Shown here piece after piece: positions 57,345-64,000 of a DNA stretch of 64,000 bases. How positions within the stretch are numbered: position 1 is the first letter of the stretch; the number at the start of each line of letters is the position of its first letter. The notes beneath the pieces are model-generated. The model worked only from the letters and a program-made list of their open reading frames with translations, searched no databases and was not told the DNA's origin. Where the stretch lies: positions 96,001 to 160,000 of IMG/VR virus record IMGVR_UViG_3300014204_000111; one strand, given 5' to 3'. Both the position numbers and the translations under genes were made by a program. Source of the stretch: a virus. Lineage: Duplodnaviria > Caudoviricetes.

Positions 57345-60197
57345 ATGAGAAATTTTAACATCTTAGACATTTTTAAACTAGATTATATATCTGACCGTAA
57401 ATTACGTCAAATGGATAAGGTCATTAGGACTCCCGTTAAAACACGTTCATTAACAACAGAGTTTAGACCTCACGACCGAGACCGTGGGCAGGAAATATCT
57501 GGAGAATATTCATTTCAAATACCTTTTAGACAACAAAAACAGTTATATCAAAGAAATCCGTGGGTTAAGCGTTGTATTGACCATATTTCTTCTGCTGCTG
57601 CTGGATTAAATTGGCATATTATACCAAAAGAAAAATACAGAGAAGAAATGGAAACTGACCAACATATGCAAACAGCTAAGGTATTGGCAGAAGAATTGTT
57701 TAATCGCCCAAATACTTTTAAACAATCATTTAGCGACTTAATTAAAATGATTGTTAGAGATGTTAAAATTATGGATGCTGCTGCGATTGAGAAAGGGAGA
57801 GATTCATTTGGAAGATTAATTACTCTTAAGGTAATTGATGCTTCTACACTTAAAATTGATATTGATGAACGAGGACAAATAATAAAATACGTACAAGAAT
57901 TTAGAGGTAATCAACTTCATGGTATGTATACTATTCCTAATGAACTAGCAAATGCGAGAGACCCACATGGAAGTAGAGGAATTGATTTTGACCCTACTGA
58001 AGTAATATATCTTAGGCTTAATCCTCGCTCAGAAGGGCCATATGGTTCTTCTCCTATAGCATCTTTAGTAGAAGCAATTTATGCTGATTTAGCAACTGAT
58101 ATTAATCTTTATCATTTTCTTAATACTGGTGGTGTTAATACTGGTTATATGAGTGTTGGCCCAAATATTGACAATGACCAAATTGAAAGAATCAAGATTA
58201 AGTTTCGTCGCTCTTTATCTCCTGGTATGAGATATGAATTTCCTATTATATCATCAGAAGATGAAGTTAAATGGGAATCAATGCAAGTTACTAATGTTGA
58301 AGCACAAATGGCTGAATTACAAGGAGAACTAAGAAATAAAATTTTAGCAGTTCTTTCTATTCCACCTAATGAATTAGGTTTATCTGGAAATACTAGAGGT
58401 CAAGTTTATAGTCAGCAAGATGTGTTCTGGGGTAATGCTATTATTCCTATGATGAAATCTATTGCTGAAAAATTTACAAATGAAATTTTAGCGGAATTTG
58501 ACGATAGATTAATGTTTGAATTTTTACCTCCTTCTGAGTATCAATATGAAGCAATTATGGCTAGAATTACAACTCTTGAACAAGAAGGACTAATTGAAGA
58601 TGATTTAAAGTATCAATGGTTAGGCTTAACTCCTCCAAAAGAACCCACTTATGTTCAAAAGAAAAAAGAACTAGAACTTAGAAAATTAGCTGTTGATGTC
58701 TATATGGTAGAAATGCAAGCACTTGCTCAGTATAAGAATAAAAAATACATCTTAGATGAACCTCGTTTGCAATATCAACAATTACAAGCTGAAACTCAGC
58801 AAATGATGGGTGGAGGACAAGCCTCTCAAGGTGAATTAGACATTCAAAATGCTCAAATAGATGTTCAGAAAAAACAAATAGAGCTTGAAAAACTGAGAAT
58901 TATGTCTGACCAGAAGATGTTTCCAGATGAGATGGAACTAAAGAAACTTCAAATTCAAGCACAAATTCTTGAAGCTCAAAGCATGATGGCTCAGAATGGA
59001 AGTAGTTCAAATACTCCTCAAGCTCCATTAACAATGGGCGAAATTGTACATGGTATACAAAGTGGAGAAATAAATACACAAACTCTAGCAGTTATGATTG
59101 AAAAACATTTGGTTGACCCTGAACAGTTAAAACTCATTAATGTTGCAGATAGAACTGTCTCAGGTATAATAAAGGATGCAGAAGAAGTTGCTACTCAAAA
59201 ACAAGCTATTCAATTTAAGAAAGAAAAAATAAATATGGATAGACAAAAAGAGCAAATGAAATATCAGCAAGCTGGCGCTCAACATCAAAACAAAATGGCA
59301 GATGCTCAATTTGACCAACAAAAGATGGGAATTCAAAATCAAGGTGAGTTACAAAATGTTATTGCTCAGCAAGAATTAGCTAGAAATCAGTTAGGTATGA
59401 GACAACAACAAATGGAACAACGTGGACGCTTGCAACAGCAAAATATGCAAGCTCAACAAGCTCTTGGACAACAAAAGACCCAAGTTCAACAACAACAGTT
59501 GTCTCTTCAGCAACAGCAAATGCAACAAATGGCCCAAAATCCTCAAATGGCTCAACAAGGAATGCAACCTCAGCAACAAAATTCTGCTAATTCTCAACAA
59601 CAATTACAGGAATTAAGACAATTAACTATGAATAAATCTATTTCAGATAGATTAAATTTCTTTAAAACCTTACCTAATATTTTAGGAAATGGACAAATTA
59701 CTGATTCTAAAATAAGTGAACCTCATAAATCTAGAATAAGTCCAGATATTACTCATTTTGAGAATGATGTACATGATTTTGATTTAAGTAAACATGTAGA
59801 GAATAAAATAGAATCATTAGAATCTAGAAATCCTGCTGTGTCTATGTCTACTCCTTCTTTAATAAAAAATCAAGCTATGGGTGTTGATGTCAAAGATAAC
59901 AATCCTGTAGATATGGCTATTAAACAAATTTCCGAAGTTGGAGAAATGGATGCTATTCATCCTAATACAGGGATAAAGAGCAATCAGAATGTTTTAGGTC
60001 AACATACAACTGGAGATGGAGCGCATAGTGCAACAACTATTTCTAGTCCATCTCAAGAAGGAATTGCTGCAATTAGACCTCTTAATATAAAGAAGCCTTT
60101 ATCATTCCAAGCAACTGACCCTCAACCAGGACATGCCAAGCTTGATATAGATTCAGCGCAAAAGAAGCATAATACTAAACCAAAAAGTGAAATATAA
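57345..60197 (+). CDS. Portal protein with long Gln-rich C-terminal extension
   Basis: WVKRCID.I, FNRPN, YGSSPI, I..VLSIPP.ELG and F....I.P portal motifs in the first ~430 aa. Confidence 0.9.
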   Translation: MRNFNILDIFKLDYISDRKLRQMDKVIRTPVKTRSLTTEFRPHDRDRGQEISGEYSFQIPFRQQKQLYQRNPWVKRCIDHISSAAAGLNWHIIPKEKYREEMETDQHMQTAKVLAEELFNRPNTFKQSFSDLIKMIVRDVKIMDAAAIEKGRDSFGRLITLKVIDASTLKIDIDERGQIIKYVQEFRGNQLHGMYTIPNELANARDPHGSRGIDFDPTEVIYLRLNPRSEGPYGSSPIASLVEAIYADLATDINLYHFLNTGGVNTGYMSVGPNIDNDQIERIKIKFRRSLSPGMRYEFPIISSEDEVKWESMQVTNVEAQMAELQGELRNKILAVLSIPPNELGLSGNTRGQVYSQQDVFWGNAIIPMMKSIAEKFTNEILAEFDDRLMFEFLPPSEYQYEAIMARITTLEQEGLIEDDLKYQWLGLTPPKEPTYVQKKKELELRKLAVDVYMVEMQALAQYKNKKYILDEPRLQYQQLQAETQQMMGGGQASQGELDIQNAQIDVQKKQIELEKLRIMSDQKMFPDEMELKKLQIQAQILEAQSMMAQNGSSSNTPQAPLTMGEIVHGIQSGEINTQTLAVMIEKHLVDPEQLKLINVADRTVSGIIKDAEEVATQKQAIQFKKEKINMDRQKEQMKYQQAGAQHQNKMADAQFDQQKMGIQNQGELQNVIAQQELARNQLGMRQQQMEQRGRLQQQNMQAQQALGQQKTQVQQQQLSLQQQQMQQMAQNPQMAQQGMQPQQQNSANSQQQLQELRQLTMNKSISDRLNFFKTLPNILGNGQITDSKISEPHKSRISPDITHFENDVHDFDLSKHVENKIESLESRNPAVSMSTPSLIKNQAMGVDVKDNNPVDMAIKQISEVGEMDAIHPNTGIKSNQNVLGQHTTGDGAHSATTISSPSQEGIAAIRPLNIKKPLSFQATDPQPGHAKLDIDSAQKKHNTKPKSEI

Positions 60198-60431
60198 GGA
60201 ATAAATAAATGGAGAAAAGCACGGAAGAAATTTTAAAAGAAGATGATACTTCTATGGGAACTGGAGAAGTTAATCCTCATAGTCCAACTAGAAGATTTAC
60301 TTGTTTTAAAAGAAAGCAAGAATTTAATATGTCAATGCAAGTTGGCTCTTTAACTCCACCAATTTGCGGAGTTCCTGAAAATGTGCCTACAGAAGTTATT
60401 CCAAGTGAATAAAAATGGGGTAAAATAGGAT

Positions 60432-61040
60432 ATGACCGAAGTATATAACGAACAAGATTTAGGGCATGGAGATAATTTTTATTGGCCTAAATTACATAGA
60501 TTTTTACATCAAGTTAAATGGTGCAAACAAACACACGGAGAAGATTCGTTTGATTACGAACAACAAATTGTAAAACTTGCACAATTAGTAGCTGCTATGG
60601 GTGATATGAGAGATTTACCTATAGAAGAGTTATATCATTATTTCCACGGTCATCACAAAGCTGATATTAATAATGCTGTTGAACTAATTCAAACTCAAGA
60701 TAAGATGATGTCTCCTAGAGAAGGAAATCTTGAAGAAAGATATAATAATAAATGGGTTGTTAGAGATACAGAGAATTATATGGATGGATTTGGTAGACCT
60801 TGGTTATCTCAAGGATATAACCAATCTACTGATTTAAAAAGAGAACAAGTATTAGATTATAACACCCCTGTAGGTCTTCATAGACCAGATGCAGATACAT
60901 ATATTGAAAGTTATCCCGAACATCCTCATAATGAAAAATGGGAAGAGAAATTAAAGCAGAATAGCTACCTCCGTATGTTGTTCACCAAAGAAGAACGTGC
61001 CGAGGCTAAACGTAATATGGAAAAATACGGAGAACAATAA
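60432..61040 (+). CDS. Hypothetical head-region protein
   Basis: Late promoter 5 nt upstream; N-terminal acidic leader ending LGHG. Confidence 0.7.
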   Translation: MTEVYNEQDLGHGDNFYWPKLHRFLHQVKWCKQTHGEDSFDYEQQIVKLAQLVAAMGDMRDLPIEELYHYFHGHHKADINNAVELIQTQDKMMSPREGNLEERYNNKWVVRDTENYMDGFGRPWLSQGYNQSTDLKREQVLDYNTPVGLHRPDADTYIESYPEHPHNEKWEEKLKQNSYLRMLFTKEERAEAKRNMEKYGEQ

Positions 61041-61921
61041 TGTCAACAGCAGAGCAAGTGATGCAACAAGCCGAAACCTATAAGTTATTCAAAGGTATTA
61101 TTAATAATTTTGAAGAAGATTTGGTACAACATGGTTATGAGCTTGATGAACAAGATAAAGTAAGAGTAATTAACTTGGTTATTGATACGACCCAGAAGCT
61201 TTTTAAAGGGTCTACAGATGAAGAGTTAATTGATTTTCTTGGTCGTTATGATAGAAATATTAGAGCAACTGCTCTTAATACATTAAATAATGAATATGAA
61301 CAAGAAGCTTTAACTAAATCTATGCAAGAATTGACATATCACCCAGACCATGTTTACGCTCATCAAGTAGAAGAGTCTGGAAAAGATGTTTATCCAGAAA
61401 TGCTTAAGAGCAGATGGAATGAGTTGCCTGACGAACTTAAAAACCATATGGAACAATATCATATGGAAAATAGATTATGGCACACTCATACAGATAATTT
61501 GGCTGACCCATTGATTTTTGGTAAATCAGTTGAAACTAATATGGTTGAACGTAACTATATTCATGAAATCGCTCACCGTCTTGACGAAAAAGCTGTAAGA
61601 GGCGAAGAGGCAGATGATGAAGAGATTTCAGTATATTCTGAGCTTTATAAAGCTGAAATTTATCCTGGTATGGTTGCCAGTGATGGTGTGGTTATTACTC
61701 CTGAGTTAGCTGAACATATGAATGGTATTCACGGCCCAAGATATCAAGCTCATCCTTTAGAACTTCCTATGATTGGCCCTTCTGGTTCATTTGTTGAATT
61801 TGAGCATTTAAAGAAATCAATGCCTGATAGACCTACATCATTTAAAACTGAGAATGAAGTTTCTATTTTGAAGCAAGAACTTTTTAATCTCGGCTACGAG
61901 ACTCAAAAAAAAAATAGCTAA
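61040..61921 (+). CDS. Acidic head-region protein (scaffold-like), possibly extended by slippage at A10
   Basis: Seven hydrophobic-x-K-[S/A/G] motifs; ends in an A10 run. Confidence 0.7.
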   Translation: MSTAEQVMQQAETYKLFKGIINNFEEDLVQHGYELDEQDKVRVINLVIDTTQKLFKGSTDEELIDFLGRYDRNIRATALNTLNNEYEQEALTKSMQELTYHPDHVYAHQVEESGKDVYPEMLKSRWNELPDELKNHMEQYHMENRLWHTHTDNLADPLIFGKSVETNMVERNYIHEIAHRLDEKAVRGEEADDEEISVYSELYKAEIYPGMVASDGVVITPELAEHMNGIHGPRYQAHPLELPMIGPSGSFVEFEHLKKSMPDRPTSFKTENEVSILKQELFNLGYETQKKNS

Positions 61922-63050
61922 ATCCAGTCCTAATCCTGGCTGGTCAGATGATACTTACGAAGAAGACGATGATTCTGCACGTCAAGAGGCAGAAGAGTTA
62001 AGTTTAGGTCAAGATACTCCTTCTCAAGCAACTAAAAGATTTCTTCCAGCAGAAGGTCATGCTGATGGACAACATCCATATTTAAGTAACCCAATTCATT
62101 CTTCATTCTCTCATTTACAACAATATCTTCCTGAACTTAATCAGCATTTAAATGCATACTTACAGCAAAATCCTAATTTTGACCCAAAGAATATACTTGC
62201 AGTTAGAGGAGCGGCATTAGAAGCTCTTCATCATCATCATACTCTAAATCACCTAAATCCTACGCCTCCTCCGAATATACCTCAAATAGTTCAACAAGCA
62301 GGAGCGCTTATCCAAGGTCATCTTGATTCAGAAAAGAAAAATGTACAACAATCTTCACAATCTTCATTAAGTAATCAAACTTGGGATAAGAATGATACAA
62401 CAGATATTTTCGGTAAACCTACTTGGTTCCCACAACAAAAAGGTCACGGAGGTATGGGAGAATTTTCTTCAAACTATATAGCTCCTTCAATGAATAAGTC
62501 TCTTAATTCTTTTGTCCAAATATCTATGCTTAAAGGTATGCTAGATAATTTACACACTAAACATAATTACGGACACGGAGGAGAAATAGATGTATTAAGC
62601 GGAAAAACTGTTAATCCAAAAGATTTACCACAACCTGTTCAACCAATGCCATCTTCTCCTATTGCTGTACCTAATGACCCTTGGAAAGAGGATAGGGAAG
62701 CACAAAAGTATGAGAAAAAGACTTTGCCACCTCATTCAGGAGATGGTTGGGGTTTAGCAGATGATATTAGAGGAAATTTAACTGATGAACAAGAGATGGA
62801 TGATGCTAATAATGACCCTAATAATGGACTAGCTCCAGAATTTAGGACAAAAACTGTTCAATCAGACCCTAAGCAATCTCAAAGAATACAATCATTTCCT
62901 GGCAATTTATATCCTAGTAATCCATCTATGGTTCCTTCGACTCCTGCACCACAAGTATATAATCCCAATGTTAAACCAAGTAATGTAGATATACTCCCCG
63001 GATTAAGAGCAATGATAGAAAGTGCTAAAGTAGGACAGGCTGGTAAATAA
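61914..63050 (+). CDS. Startless +1-frame continuation of the 61040 gene (includes ORF 62454-63050)
   Basis: Frame open 61872-63050 with no ATG/GTG/TTG before 62454; reads IAKSSPNPGW... immediately after the A run. Confidence 0.7.
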   Translation: MAKSSPNPGWSDDTYEEDDDSARQEAEELSLGQDTPSQATKRFLPAEGHADGQHPYLSNPIHSSFSHLQQYLPELNQHLNAYLQQNPNFDPKNILAVRGAALEALHHHHTLNHLNPTPPPNIPQIVQQAGALIQGHLDSEKKNVQQSSQSSLSNQTWDKNDTTDIFGKPTWFPQQKGHGGMGEFSSNYIAPSMNKSLNSFVQISMLKGMLDNLHTKHNYGHGGEIDVLSGKTVNPKDLPQPVQPMPSSPIAVPNDPWKEDREAQKYEKKTLPPHSGDGWGLADDIRGNLTDEQEMDDANNDPNNGLAPEFRTKTVQSDPKQSQRIQSFPGNLYPSNPSMVPSTPAPQVYNPNVKPSNVDILPGLRAMIESAKVGQAGK

Positions 63051-64000
63051 TGCAATTATTTAATGAAATTATTCAGGACTTAATCGGAGAACATGTATTT
63101 AATTGTTCTTGTGTTTCTGTGGAAACTAAGAAAACACTCATAACCTTATATTCAGATATGGTTGATAGCTTTGTAATGGGTGAACTTGGTAAATTTAAAA
63201 TAACACAACAGATTTTTAAAGAATTTTTAAAAAATCAACTTCCCGAAGTTTTTGAAAAAGCTGACGCTCTTAGATTTGAAAGAGAAGCACAAGAAGATGT
63301 TGCTCAAATTATAAATAAATCTATTATTCAGCAGAAAATTCCTCAATTTGAACAAACACATCAAGCATATTCTAAATGTTTATATATGAACCCATTTATT
63401 TTTGAAATGAAAGAAGGTTTTTACTTTAATAAACAAGGAGAACCATATATATATTTAGAAATTCCTGATATTAAAGAACATATTCTCCATATAATAGATG
63501 ATAGAAATAAATTTCCTAAAATTAAAGCAAGTTGGTTATTTTGTGATGATATAACTCCAGAACTGGTACATAGATTTCATATGACAACTTATTCAATTGC
63601 GCTTATGATTAGGGACATTACGCATCATTTACAAGTAATGCATCCAGAAGATATTATTGCTAAACTATCTTCTGTGTTTATTCCAATTCCCCAAGGATTA
63701 AGTGTTTATTATCAAAATGAACAAGGACAATTATCTTTGCCATCATCACTTTACGCTACAGAATTAAAAGAAAGAGGTTTAGATAAAATTCCTTCGATTG
63801 GTGTATACGACCAATTAGTTAATGATAAAAATGCATTTTTTGATTTTATTAAACAAAACAAATTAGCATCAGGTATTAAACTAGATTTAATTGGAGGAAG
63901 TTTATTTGGAGACTTTGGGTTATTAGGACACCCAAGTTATTTAGACCAAAAATTACCATATATTCATAATATACTATTACCTATGTTTTTAAATACTTAT
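63050..64000 (+). CDS. Hypothetical protein, 3'-truncated
   Basis: ATG overlaps the preceding TAA; open to the window end; contains FEKA and INKS motifs. Confidence 0.7.
   Translation, partial: MQLFNEIIQDLIGEHVFNCSCVSVETKKTLITLYSDMVDSFVMGELGKFKITQQIFKEFLKNQLPEVFEKADALRFEREAQEDVAQIINKSIIQQKIPQFEQTHQAYSKCLYMNPFIFEMKEGFYFNKQGEPYIYLEIPDIKEHILHIIDDRNKFPKIKASWLFCDDITPELVHRFHMTTYSIALMIRDITHHLQVMHPEDIIAKLSSVFIPIPQGLSVYYQNEQGQLSLPSSLYATELKERGLDKIPSIGVYDQLVNDKNAFFDFIKQNKLASGIKLDLIGGSLFGDFGLLGHPSYLDQKLPYIHNILLPMFLNTY

Larger units (their letters stand above)
36672..60426. promoter_or_regulatory. Late-type promoter motif GGG-TAAnnT
   Basis: + strand: 36672, 41668, 43724, 47572, 57263, 60418 (also 30899). 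- strand: 57253 (also 4831, 10530). No TGTTT upstream element. Confidence 0.75.

Noticed and set aside
59200-59620. CAA/CAG-rich tract as a DNA repeat element
   Set aside because: Explained by the Gln-rich portal extension.
1-64000. Stop-codon reassignment
   Set aside because: Terminase, portal and the 1960-aa gene are intact in code 11, all three stops end genes, and no suppressor tRNA was seen.

Overview
AT-rich segment of a large tailed (probably jumbo-type) bacteriophage, read in the standard genetic code. About 1-36.6 kb is an early/accessory region: roughly 100 small + strand ORFs driven by about 35 copies of one promoter (TTAACC-N7-TGTTT-N~15-GGG(T/A)ATAAT). It carries an unusually rich set of non-coding RNAs: two conventional tRNAs, at least seven circularly permuted anticodon-less tRNA mimics (Y RNA/YrlA-like topology), an RNA built of two Ala-identity tmRNA-like tRNA domains, a ~650-nt ornate RNA candidate and a pseudoknot array. 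About 36.7-64 kb is a late/morphogenesis region: fibre-like proteins, patatin, PhoH, RuvC-like resolvase, terminase on the minus strand, a portal with a Q-rich extension, and putative head proteins. It includes a ~1960-aa protein made of 2 GNAT, 5 kinase-like and 1 M15 peptidase modules, each delimited by a recurring hydrophobic-x-[K/H]-[G/A/S] motif also found in the portal and head proteins. The two best candidates for an undescribed system are (i) this apparent protease-processed effector polyprotein and (ii) the battery of tRNA-mimic RNAs. All family assignments come from motif recognition by eye; no searches or folding programs were run.
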